64,000 nt of DNA from Patellaria atrata CBS 101060 (lineage: Eukaryota): NCBI GenBank assembly GCA_010093705.1, contig MU006091.1, positions 682,001-746,000 on the forward strand, written 5' to 3'. This document shows, one piece after another, positions 13,335 to 28,668 of the stretch. Below the pieces are notes generated by a model. That model was given only the letters and a program-made list of their open reading frames with translations, did not search any database and had not been told where the DNA came from. Position 1 is the stretch's first letter. The number at the start of each line of letters is the position of its first letter. The position numbers and the translations under genes are program-made.

Positions 13335-15047
13335 ATGGCCCAAGCAAATCAACTCTCTATTCCAACCCCACCTGCGCAGGGCAACCCAAACTCGAGCGGA
13401 CATGACATAACATCATCACCTATCAATCTAGTTACTCAAGCTACGGAAGTTCTTGGCTTGAACACCCCAATAACTCCGTCATTTCCGATCCAGACCGCAC
13501 ACAGTGATGAGTCAGATATGGATGACGGTGATGACGATGAAGAAGAAGACGACAATGTGGAGGACGAAGATGCTGATAATGACAAGTCGAAAGACGATTT
13601 TCTCGTCGACGGCAGACCTCTAAGCTATTGGGAAAGCTTACCAGATGAGGAGTATTTTCGTCTGTTTGAGGGCCCTTATGATTCTGATATAAACGACTCG
13701 GACGACGATTTTCTCATTGACGACAGACCTCTGAGCTATTGGGAAAGCTTGCCTGACTCAGAGTTCTATCGCCTTTTTGACGAACCTTCTGATTCCGAAG
13801 ACGAGGAAACTGGAGAAAACGACGTGGAGGAGGTAGAGGGCATCACATCCGAACCCACTACTGTCGACAAGAGCAAAGGCCGCAAGAGAGAAGCCAGTGA
13901 AGATCCAGATGATTTGCGAAACAACCCGTCCGAGAACAAGCGGGCTCGGTTGATTTTACAGCCGCGCGCACCAAAAGGAGGCTCCGAGCCGACTCAACCT
14001 GAAGGAAACAGCAAAGTCGGTGACCTTTCCTCTGCAACAGTCCTCTCGAACCCCACTATAATCCCTCCAGGGGACAAACTCAGCGCCGTTCAAGCAGGAC
14101 CCCTCAAGACTTTCGATATCGAGCGCATCCTCGAGCATCCCGACCTCTGCCTACAATTCGCTACCCATCTCACCATGGCAAACCTCGTCGACCTCTACAG
14201 CATCTCCAAAACCTTCCACCAGCGCGTAAACAACCACTACACGACCTACATTCAATACATCTCACGAGTCAAAGCACCAGACGCCATGTCCATCTTCCCC
14301 TTCCGGTACTACGCGCGACTCTGCACGCAAGACCCCGCAGGACGCCCTCACCCCGTCATTCCTCACCAGATTCGGACGGTACCTAGCCTTAGATACCTCC
14401 AGATGGTAGTCTTCAGAAGTACAGTGGTCCAGCAAATCATGATCCTCTTAGCACATTATGGTCACCGCTTCCCGCGCGGCACGAGGCAGGCAATCCTCAA
14501 GATCGGGTTCATGATGGACCTCCCCACCAATGCCCTTCGCATCGGGGTAATCCACAACAGCAGCATGTGGACGGACCGCGATCTTATACTTGCAACCACC
14601 TTCTTCGTCAAGCTCGACATGCTGTACTCGCACCCTTTCTACGGTCGTGGGGGCGCTAAGATCCGTAAGCTGCTGATGGGTCAGAGACAGTTGACGAGGC
14701 TCTGGCACGCGTTACGTAGGGAGGAGCTCATGAAATACGCCGACTTCGTCCAGATGCAGGTAGCGTATGATTATCAACCCTTCCCACAAGATGCGGGAAT
14801 GTCTATCTTCGGGGTACCTGCGGATTTGGTCGGACGGGGTTGTCTGGAGGGATGGGGTGCGGGACATCAGGTCCTGTTGCGGCCGGATGAGGTGGTTGCG
14901 CGAGAGGCGGTGCGGAGAGGGCTAAGAATTCAGACGATTTGGCCGGAGGCGATTAGTGTGGGCTATCAGGATTTAAGATCTAAGAGGGATTTGCCTAAGT
15001 TACCCTGGAGGATTGTTATGGCGTCCATTGGTCATTGGGATCAATAG
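13335..15047 (+). CDS. Conserved-looking fungal hypothetical protein with an acidic N-terminal half and a folded C-terminal domain that begins F-box-like (alternative start 13200)
   Basis: Long intronless ORF, AAACATGG start context, segment LEHPDLCLQFATHLTMANLVDLYSISKTF. Confidence 0.75.
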   Translation: MAQANQLSIPTPPAQGNPNSSGHDITSSPINLVTQATEVLGLNTPITPSFPIQTAHSDESDMDDGDDDEEEDDNVEDEDADNDKSKDDFLVDGRPLSYWESLPDEEYFRLFEGPYDSDINDSDDDFLIDDRPLSYWESLPDSEFYRLFDEPSDSEDEETGENDVEEVEGITSEPTTVDKSKGRKREASEDPDDLRNNPSENKRARLILQPRAPKGGSEPTQPEGNSKVGDLSSATVLSNPTIIPPGDKLSAVQAGPLKTFDIERILEHPDLCLQFATHLTMANLVDLYSISKTFHQRVNNHYTTYIQYISRVKAPDAMSIFPFRYYARLCTQDPAGRPHPVIPHQIRTVPSLRYLQMVVFRSTVVQQIMILLAHYGHRFPRGTRQAILKIGFMMDLPTNALRIGVIHNSSMWTDRDLILATTFFVKLDMLYSHPFYGRGGAKIRKLLMGQRQLTRLWHALRREELMKYADFVQMQVAYDYQPFPQDAGMSIFGVPADLVGRGCLEGWGAGHQVLLRPDEVVAREAVRRGLRIQTIWPEAISVGYQDLRSKRDLPKLPWRIVMASIGHWDQ

Positions 15048-15364
15048 GGTGGGTAATACTAGAGGGAGTAGTTAATAGCTAATTCTAATACTTATTCCCC
15101 GTCATGATCACATTTGGATAACACAAGCACAACTTGAACATCATACTTTCGTTTCATAAGCACAAAGTCGAGCACTGATTTGGAGTGATAAGAGTGCCAC
15201 TATGGGTGCCTTGATTCTGTAAGATGTTCAATATCTTGGACTGTGATATACAACCACCCGCTCCATCACTCCAAGTTTCCAACGAGCATCGGATAAGACA
15301 GGTTGTGATAATATTCGCCTCAACGCCTTAGATGATGAATCATAGTTGTTAACACATCCTCGAA

Positions 15365-17507
15365 TTATTCCTGCACCTCGTCATTTGGCACCTTTTCCTT
15401 CTTCTTTTTCGGCATTTGTACGAGAGCTCTAGACGGACGGAAAACCTGGATCTGGTTGTCTTCCGCAGCGGCAGCAATGAGCCAAGGCTCTGACTTGTTC
15501 CAGTTGAAGTCACAAATCTTGTTCGTAAAACCACCGTGCATAAAGAGTCTGTTGTGGTAGTTAGTACTACGGTCCTTGGCAGGGAAATTGTTTATAACTC
15601 ACAGCTCAGGAGGGCCGTCCTCAGCTTCATCAGGGTCCTGCTCGTCTCCCAATTTGCTCATATCCCAGAAGAGAATACGCTTATCCGCACTTCCACTGGC
15701 AAGGATCGCGGGGTCCATCGGATTCCACTCTAGCTTCATCACAGCATCTCTGTGCCACTCCAGACTATGTAGTTTAGTGTCGAATTTACGGAGATCCCAC
15801 ATTGCGACTGATTTATCTGCGGAACCAGTTGCAAGTATGGATTCCCAGAGTGGATGAAAAGCCAAGCAATTAACGGCATCCTTGTGTGCCTCTGTTTTGA
15901 AAACGGCGCCCTTGCCTTTTTGGATGCGGGTGTCGATGACTTGGACAGTCAGGTCATCAGAAACGGTTCCAATCCACATTTTGTGTATCGGGTGATGCTG
16001 CACATCATTGACGATTGAAGTATGGTGAGTATAGGTACGCAGTGGTTTGATAACTTTCGAGCCATTGGTGAAACCACCTACGATATCCCTAAACCATAAT
16101 GAGTATCACTGATTCCCATCGTGCTTTTGTAAGCTTACCAAATTCGGACAGTATTGTCCTCAGCTCCTGTCGCAAGCTGGCCTTCGATTAGTGGACTCCA
16201 ATCGAGGCCGTAACCCTCCGCTTCATGACCTTGCAGCTCTAATTCGCATACAAATTCGCTGCTCTTAGGATTCATCGTATGCTTAGTTCGGTCAAAAATG
16301 TAGACTTTAGAGTCTGCACTCATTGTGGCGATGATCTCGGGGTTTTGAGGTTGATAACGGGCCTTATTGACCTCTGTAGGGTGGTTGATCTTCTGGATAA
16401 TGTTCCACGTAAAGGGTTTCTTTGCACTGCCATACCCACCAATTTCTCCACGTTGCTCATCGTAATTTGAGACATTTGGTTTTGCTTGGTCAGGAACTTC
16501 TACGGATGCAACTTGGAGATAGTTCTGAGCTGCACCTGAGGTATGCGTACCAAGGAGAGCGCGATGTTCTGAAAGAGATGTGCCGGGAACTCTTAATACC
16601 ACGTAGTCATTAGTATGCGCTTTATAATCTAGAGAGATGTCGCTCACTTTCTCTTATCCGGAAACCACTGCATTGAGAGAGTTGGCCATTCCAGAGCACG
16701 ACTAAATGAGTGTTAGTATGGCCGGTGACCCTTTAGTTAGGGAACATACCTATAGATCATGTCGTAGAGCCAAACGGAATTCTTCTTCCATATCTTGTAC
16801 TCTTCATTTGCGAGCTTTTGCTCCGCATGTTCATCTTCGCCCGATATCTGTTCAGGTGGGGCATCTATAAATGGGGACAAAGTTAGTATCCGACTGTGAA
16901 AACGTCTCAAACACAAGTGATAAGGAGGTTCGAAAAAGTTCAATCTTAGTGAACCAAACCTAAGATGCTATTAAAACTTGCATCTACGAGAGACATTAGA
17001 TCTGGAATGGGTTGCAAATTTGGACTAGGTGTGCGATCTAGCGTCAGTGCCTGATCTTGTGTAGGCGTGGGATCCTCTGTAGACGTCGGACTCTCTGTAG
17101 GCGTCGGATCCTCTGAAGGTGTCGGACCCTCTGCAGGCGCCAGGCCAGTTGTAGCAGGTTGAGATAAGGTATCCCAGTGCAATGTAGACTCTGGAAGAGT
17201 GTTCTGATCATGTAGAGACAGTAAAGCAAGGGAAGCAGATTCCACGTGGGATGGAATCTCCCCGAACGTTTCCTTTGGCGGTACACAAGCGCGATGTCCT
17301 AAGGGTTCATGTTTTTCCTTTTCCGGGGCGGCTGTATTGTAGAAGATATTCGCATCCTTATTCACACTTTGGAGACTGGCCAACTCCCTTTGTGATATGC
17401 TTTTACCTTTGCCAGGCATTTTGGAATGATTGAAGAGAGATTTGACCAAGTTGCTGCTGAAGGAAACTGATAGAAGCAATTTACATACCGCTCATATCCT
17501 CCTCCAT
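15365..17507 (-). CDS. HAT2: Histone-binding WD40 protein Hat2/RbAp46-48 (p55), multi-exon, with a 19-nt first exon (17489-17507)
   Basis: EEYKIWKKN..LYD, LLGTHTS, EVNKARYQPQNP, EGYGLDWS, EDGPPELFMHGG motifs. MEEDMS-G|GTATGT joins TAG|AT GCC CCA in frame. Confidence 0.93.
16946..17419 (-). CDS. ORF nested in HAT2 intron 1 (157 aa, Pro/Thr repeats), a possible alternative first exon
   Basis: CAAAATGC start, 474-nt open frame, in-frame 18-bp repeats, candidate phase-1 donor at 16959. Confidence 0.4.
   Translation of the reverse strand: MPGKGKSISQRELASLQSVNKDANIFYNTAAPEKEKHEPLGHRACVPPKETFGEIPSHVESASLALLSLHDQNTLPESTLHWDTLSQPATTGLAPAEGPTPSEDPTPTESPTSTEDPTPTQDQALTLDRTPSPNLQPIPDLMSLVDASFNSILGLVH
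17058..17147. repeat. 18-bp minisatellite, about 5 degenerate copies (consensus tctgtaggcgtcggatcc)
   Basis: Read directly from the sequence. Encodes (E/D)xPTP(T/S) repeats on the minus strand. Confidence 0.88.
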
Positions 17508-17714
17508 CGTAAAAGAAGTTTATTATGGGAAAATCAGGATAGGTGGGAAGGTGCAAAGCAGATTAGGGAGAGTGCGATTAAGCGACGAAATTCCAATTGG
17601 GAGAGCACAGTCTTGCTTGCAGGATTAGTCCAAGAGGTTAAGGTAGTTTTTCTGGTAGATATTGAAATAGATACCGTGGTTGTAATACGCATTTACCAGA
17701 TGTCAAATGTGATA

Positions 17715-17726
17715 GACGCGACGCGA
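17715..17726. promoter_or_regulatory. Tandem ACGCG (MCB-like) cores in the HAT2/XRN1 divergent promoter
   Basis: gacgcgacgcga lies about 210 bp upstream of the HAT2 ATG. Confidence 0.35.
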
Positions 17727-18063
17727 TCTCATTGTAGAGCTCAACATTGTGCCAAGAAGAATTCCGAAGCTTTCCCGAACACTTCACAGCTTGAGCAGCA
17801 GCAGACAGATGAATGACCTTTCTTTCTTCGAAGACTCCGCGTCCAGTTCGCCATCACCCCCCTCTTTCCGCGCACCACTTTACACCTGCGCCTCTGTGCG
17901 CACACTCTGTATATCCTCTTTGGTTTCCGCTGGAATACGCGAAACCTTGAAGGATATCCTACCCTTTCAGCTCTTCCTCATCCTAATTATCGTCATCTCT
18001 CAAAAGCAGAATATCTAGTTCACTCATTCATTCTTTGTCTAGTATAAGTAACTAGAAATCGCC

Positions 18064-21000
18064 ATGGGTGTTCCTAAATTCTTTCGTTGGATGTCGGAGC
18101 GGTATCCTGCTATCTCCCAGCTCATTGCGGAGAACAGGATACCAGAGTTTGACTGTCTTTATGTGCGCCAAGAGATATACAATTTCCTTACCCCGTTGCT
18201 AATAGCCTGGTAGTTGGATATGAATGGTATCATCCATAATTGTACCCATAAGGATTCCGATTCGCCTACCTTCCGAATGACTGAGGACCGGATGTTCATT
18301 GCCATTTTCAACTATATCGAACACTTGTTTGGCAAGATCAAACCGAAGCAGCTCTTCTTTATGGCTATCGATGGTGTTGCGCCTAGGGCAAAGATGAACC
18401 AGCAACGCGCGCGCCGTTTCAGGACTGCTTTAGACGCCGAAGTAGCTAAAAACAAGGCGATCAAGGAGGGCATCGAAATGCCGAAAGAGGATGCATTTGA
18501 TAGTAATTGTATTACACCGGGCACAGAGTTCATGGCAAAGCTGACAAAGCAATTGAAATATTTCATTAACAAAAAGGTCTCAGAAGACGTGGATTGGCAA
18601 GGCGTTGAGATTGTGCTGTCTGGCCATGAGGTGCCAGGTGAAGGTGAACATAAGATTATGGAGTACATTCGACAGGCGAAGTCGCAACCGCAATATGACC
18701 CGAATATGCGCCACTGTCTTTACGGATTGGATGCTGATCTTATTATGCTTGGTCTTCTGAGCCATGATCCACATTTTAGTCTGCTCCGTGAAGAGGTTAC
18801 ATTTGGGCGACAAGCGAAATCGAAGTCTACCGAATTGGAGCATCAAAACTTCTACCTCATGCACCTGTGTATAGTGCGCGAATATTTGGAGCTCGAATTC
18901 CAAGAACTGAAAGAATCTGGGGTGCTAGACGTTCCTTTCGATATGGAGCGTATTATTGACGATTTCATTCTAATGGCGTTCTTCGTGGGTAACGATTTCC
19001 TGCCTAATCTACCTCATTTACACATCAACGAAGGTGCGCTGGCGCTTATGTTTAATGTCTACAAACAAGTTTTACCAAAAGCGAAGGGTTACATCAATGA
19101 AGGTGGCGTTATCAACCTTGAACGTTTAGAGCTTCTTCTAGATGAACTTTCGCACGTTGAGTATCGTTTCTTTGAGTCCGAAAATTCAGACGCAAACTGG
19201 TTCAAGGGTAAGCAGATGGGTAAGGAAGATGTCATGGAGCGAACAAAGAGGAAGGGTCAGTTGGTCCTCACTTCTGGTCAGAAGGAATTATTTCAGACTA
19301 TCAAGCAGTATGTTATGAATCGACCTGGAGAGGGACAGCCTAAACCCCTGGATCTACCTTCATCGCTTCCTGCTAGGGACCGGAAGTTCGTAGAAGAGCT
19401 TGCGAATGACCTACACCTTGAATGGAAGACGGTAGTTGATGAACACGATGATCGGCATATGCAGTTAGCTTTGCATGCCAGTCCGGATGACAGCGAGGAG
19501 GAAGAAGATGATCCGGAAGCGCAATCCGCACTTTTAAGGGTGATTAAGAAATATGAAAAGGCAAAGATTGTGGATATCACTCCTGAACAAGCGCAGTCAG
19601 AAATGGAAAAGAAGTACCAAGAAAAGTTCGAAGCATGGAAAAATAAACATTACGAATCCAAGTTCGGATGGGGACTGGAAAACGAAGAAGAACTACGAAA
19701 GCTTACTGAAAATTATGTGCAGGGATTACAATGGGTTCTATATTACTATTACCGTGGTGTTGCATCGTGGCCATGGTTTTTCACCTATCATTACTCGCCG
19801 ATGATCTCGGATGTCAAGAAAGGTCTTAATGCGGACATGAATTTCAAGCTCGGTCAACCATTCCGACCATATCAGCAACTAATGGGTGTCCTACCCGATA
19901 GGAGTAAGAAAATTGTACCAACTCCTTATCACGACCTCATGACCAACGAAAAGTCCCCTATCATTGATTTTTATCCGCGGGATTTTGAGCTCGACATGAA
20001 TGGCAAGAAAATGGAGTGGGAAGCAGTTGTCAAAATTCCATTCATTGATGAAACTAGGTTGTTACCTGCTATGGCAACAGTGGAACATCTATTAACTGAT
20101 GACGAACTTGCTCGCAACGAATTCGGTGTATCTCTCAAGTTTATATATCAGCCGGATCTGGACTTTGTGTACCCTTCATCCCTCCCGGGCATTTTTCCCG
20201 ACCTTGCTCATTGCCACTGCGTAGAGAATATCTTCGAGTTACCGACCATGGATGGCCTCGAAGTATATGTGGGTCTCATGAACGGTGCGAAGCTTGGAAT
20301 AGATGCTTTAGCCGGATTCCCAAGTCTCAAGACCCTGCCGTTCGTAGCTTCTTTAGGATTTCATGGAGTTAATGTATTTCAGAGTGATTCTCGTAATGAA
20401 AGCATGGTCATCACACATACGGAGTCGGGACAGCGCACGAAAGTGGCCGCCGCTCAAACAAAACTAGGTAAAGCTGTCCATGTTGGATACCCGTTTTTGC
20501 AGGAGGCCAAGGTTGTTCGTGTGTCCGATGAACTTTTCGACTACGTCCTTCCGGAAGACGGCTCCGCTCAACCCCTACAAATCCCCCATGGCCCTCAAGA
20601 GATCTCAAATTGGAAGAAGAAAGCCGATCGTATCGAAAACTTCTATAGCAAGAGATTAGGCATGATTATCGGCACAGTTGAATCGTTAGTGCATGTAGAA
20701 ATGTTAAAGGGGCTTCGCAAGACCGACGAGGGAGCTACAGTCAAAGAGTATGGACACATCTCTGGGGTTGAAGCCGATCATGCCACTCAAATCATCGTAG
20801 ACGAAGTTGTCAGCCAAGACCAACGCTTCATTGAGAAGGCCGCTGTACCCTTTGCGGAAGAGTTTGCGGAGGGTACAAAAGCCTTCTTCTTAGGTGATTT
20901 CAATTATGGTAGACCTTTGCAGGTCACATCGGTGAATAATGATAGAGCCGACATCTGGGTGTTGACGACGGAGAAAGAAGACTTGCTCTGGGGTAGACGA

Positions 21001-22422
21001 GTGGCCGCGGAATCTGAACGTATCACGCCATATACACCATCTTTCGCTGTCGCAAGGATGTTGAATCTTCACCCACTCGTGATGAGCAAGTTAACATCTT
21101 CGTTCTCTGTACAATCCAGTGGTCTACGGCTTAACCTAGGTCTAAATCTCAAATTCGAGTCCAAGAAGCTAAAGGTTCTTGGTTATTCCCGGAAAGGCCC
21201 ATCGGGATGGGAGTATAGTCAGAAGGCCATCGAGTTGATCCAACAGTATATGATCAACTTCCCCGAGTTCATCGCCGGTATTGTGAGAAACCCAAAAGGT
21301 GATATCTATCAGGATACGGACTTCTATCCAGAAGAGGAGGCCAAACAGAAAATGAAGGAAATCGGCGCATGGCTCAAATCAATAGAGTCGAAGAGTTTTG
21401 AGAAAGTCCCTCTTGAAGCGGAACAGCTCGATTCTGACGTGGTTAAGAAGATTGAAAATTCGGCAGATCTTTATATACAGCAGGGTCCTGCAGTCAAAGC
21501 GCAGAAAATGTCGGGAGTTCCTCGCACTGCTCTTCTCAAACCCTCCGATGCAGAACACCGACTGAATGGTCAACACTTTTCACTTGGAGACCGGATCGTC
21601 TACGTTCAAGATAGAGGAAGGGTCCCTATCGGTCAACGAGGTACCGTCATTGGTATGACTCGTACTCCCAGGATGATGATGCTTGATGTTGTCTTCGATA
21701 CTACGTTTATGGGAGGCACTACCTTGACAGAGCGCTGCTCACCATTCAGAGGATCGACTGTCCCAATAAATGCAGTTCTGAACCTCACAGACAAGCAGGT
21801 CGTGTATCTGTCGCAAGCTGCAGCTGCCAGACAGCCCCAGCAACAAGTTCAACCTCTGGTCATCCAAGGCAATTACAGTGCTCCTCGCGGCGGCTACGGC
21901 AATCTACAGCCAGCCGCCGCACCACCACCTCTCAGAGGTTCTTTCCGAGGAGCGGTCTCGGGCCAGCAGAATGGCATGGGACGCGGCCGCGGTCGCGCAG
22001 GCTTTCCCAACGGTGCCAACGGTCACCAACCCCAGCAGCAGTTGCCCATCCACAACGGTCCACCTACACAACCCGCTAACAACGGCCGTGGGCGTGCAGG
22101 ATTTGCCCCTCGTGGTAACAATTTTTCACCTCGCGCCACGGCGAACACCTTCGTTCCAAGGGGAAGAGGTGGTGCTCGTGGAGGCGGTAACCCGAGCCCA
22201 AATCATCAGGGATACACGGTTGTTGATGATGTTGATCCGGATGCCGGAATCTTGCGTCACAATCCTAACTTCAAACCACGTTCGTATCAGAATGTGCCGC
22301 CACCAGCTATCTACGATGTTACGAATCGTGGACGCGGGCATGGAAGGGGGAGGGGTCGTGGAGATCGTGGTGGAGGGAGAGGCCGTGGTAGTACTGGTGA
22401 GCAGCCACAACAGCAAGAGTGA
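18064..22422 (+). CDS. XRN1: 5'-3' exoribonuclease 1, 2 exons (18064-18162, 18214-22422)
   Basis: MGVPKFFRWMSERYP, LYLDMNGIIHNC, DGVAPRAKMNQQR, PGEGEHKIM, YGLDADLIML. Confidence 0.98.
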
Positions 22423-22686
22423 GGCTTTTTTTTTTTTTTTGGAAGACTGGATCTAGGGCTGCGTGTGTTGGACTAGAATCATATGAGGTCCTATAGTTGT
22501 TCATGAACATGATGATTGACGTATGAGAGTCACGTAGTAGGCATTGTGTCATAGCTCTTCAACAACCTGCAAATACCGTCGTTTCTAGGACTATCATGTC
22601 CCCTCTTAGTAGATAGGTGAATGAATCAAATGGGTATTGTAGAAAGTAATCAAAGTGCATCCTCTATGTGGCAATCTGCTTTCCCT

Positions 22687-23292
22687 TCACATTCCCCTTG
22701 TCCGCAACTCTCGGTCCAGCGCCTGCATATCCGTACTCCCCGCAATTCTGGCATATCGAATCAGCAATTGGCTAAGGAAGTTGAAGGAACGGTGAGGAAG
22801 CATACCCTTGCCCATCTTCGTTGAAGATGCTATATGCGCTCCTGACCCCTTTTCTCCTCTCTCCTGTCCCCAAGTTTGAAATCATAGCCCAGAAGATTCC
22901 AACGATGAGCATTATAGCGCCATATCTACTCGTCATCAGTCAGATCACTCACCATATCAAAATACAAGCGTAAGAGTTTGAGAGTCCTAAGAAACAGACA
23001 ATGATATCTACTGCAAAGATGATCCTGAGCATATCAAAGTAGCCACCTCTCTTTATTTGGGGAAATAACTAGTTCTACAGAGAACGACTCACCCGGCCCA
23101 CAACGCCATACCCATCAAAATGCACCAAGCCTGAAACTGCCGACTCCCTTTCAGCCTCTCTAATGTTCTATTCAGTAGTAGCTTTGGGTCTTTGGCGTCG
23201 CGCTCGGCGATGAGGGAGGGGAGATCGAGCTCCGAGTGGGGGATGTGGTGGGGTTTTTTCTTCCTGGGTTTGGGGTTGTCGGTGGGTGCCAT
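22687..23292 (-). CDS. SAYSD1: SAYSvFN-domain protein (SAYSD1 homolog), 3 exons (23292-23093, 22925-22806, 22747-22687)
   Basis: Spliced translation ...WCILMGMALWAGYGAIMLIVGIFWAMISNLGTGERRKGVRSAYSIFNEDGQGIAGSTDMQALDRELRTRGM*, i.e. a hairpin TM region followed by the SAYSIFN motif. Confidence 0.88.
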
Positions 23293-23828
23293 TGTCAATT
23301 AATTGATGTAGTATTAAATGTGAGAATGGAGGTCGAGCATTGGAAGCTTCCTTGTGGATAGAGAGAGATGATACCAACGGAAGGGAGCAGCTGGGCCATA
23401 CTTTGATTAACATAAATGATCACGTGCCAGATATTCTAGAGACATTTAAAGGGGGCAATTCCTCTTCAAGTGTTCAATATCTAATTGTATTGCCATTTTC
23501 TACAGGATACAGCACGAAAAAAAAAAAACAACCGCTGCTAGACTAGTTACCGCCAACCGTTACAACTCCTAGAGAAAATATGCACAAGTAAGAATCCCTC
23601 AACCGCCAAAGGAGCACTGGCGCTGAGTTTACCACCAAATGGGAATGATGAGTAAATGGTCAAGCCAGAAGCCAAGTGTGTCCCCTTTCCCAAAGACGAA
23701 AAAGAACACCCACGCTCCGCCAGCGCCAGAAATGGTGCTCATGATAGAACAGTGTACAGACTCAAGGGAACAAACAGCAATAAAAGACCACGCTGAATTA
23801 TTTCCAATGCTCCCATTGTCGAATGATG

Positions 23829-27634
<3,806 letters not shown>

Positions 27635-28668
27635 GTTGAAGGAATCCTAGCGGGGTTGATGGGTGGCCAAAGGTAGGTAAGAAGCTGCGGAGAATGGGTG
27701 GATGTTGGTGGATATTGCGGGCGCAAAAGAAGGATATTATACAAGGCGTAGAAAGGGCGCGGGTGAAGTTGTTGAGGAAATAGGTAAGGAAGGTGGATAT
27801 CCACTGTGGTTTTCTTTTGGTGGCATCCAATGTAAAGTTCTTAGGTACAGCAGTTCTTTCGTATGGAGGAACGCTAAAGGTGGCGGCGTAAGAACTGCAA
27901 GGGTAGTAATAAGGTATAGGTGGGTACCCCTCGGGCAATCACTCGTCATATAATACCAAGGAAGTCGAATGTGATTCCCTCCAGATTTGTACCGTCGTTC
28001 TACTTTTTAAAAAAGTGCTTCCTTTAAGGTATCTTGTGTTCGCGAAAATCTTTTAATTTGACGCTTGTGATCTCATGGCTGTGTAAAACACGCGGTCCAG
28101 CGCAACTTGCCAACTCAGAGCAAAGTCAGAAGTAGTTCTACTTCTGTCACAGGGAATTCGTATACCTTACAGTACTGTATGGATTATATTCTTTCCTTAC
28201 GTCAGATCAATGGCTACCTTAGCTACCAACCGCTCCCGTCAAAACTCCTTCGACTTATTGAGCAGTTCATTAGGATCTGGAATAAAAAAGGAACAAGATA
28301 AAAGAAAAGTAGGAATGCATTTAGCTCAGACACTACTGTATAGACAGCAGCTGGACATTTGCATATAGCCTGTCAAATCCGTAGTAGACATTTCTTCATC
28401 AAGATAACCTAACTACGGCTAATATCAAGGGGGTACACCTCATAGATCCCTTTTACGCAGTTGAATTTGAATTAACAGTATACCTGGTTATTATTCTCGA
28501 GGACGCCGATCTGATCGGTTGCATGTGCTTGTATAGTTTTAATGCACGAGCTTCCCTTGTAACTACTTAGAGTCACTACCAACCGACAACTTCTTCCCAT
28601 CCCACCAAAAGCAATACCCTTAACTTCTTTCAATTACGCTGTGCCAGAGTCAACATTGGCCTGGGATC

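Noticed and set aside
17058..17147. Repeat array as CRISPR-like
   Set aside because: Contiguous 18-bp units without spacers, in a eukaryotic genome.
21878..22456. 192-aa alternative-frame ORF over the XRN1 C-terminus
   Set aside because: GTG start, arises from low-complexity Gly/Arg/Pro codons, and I saw no slippery site.
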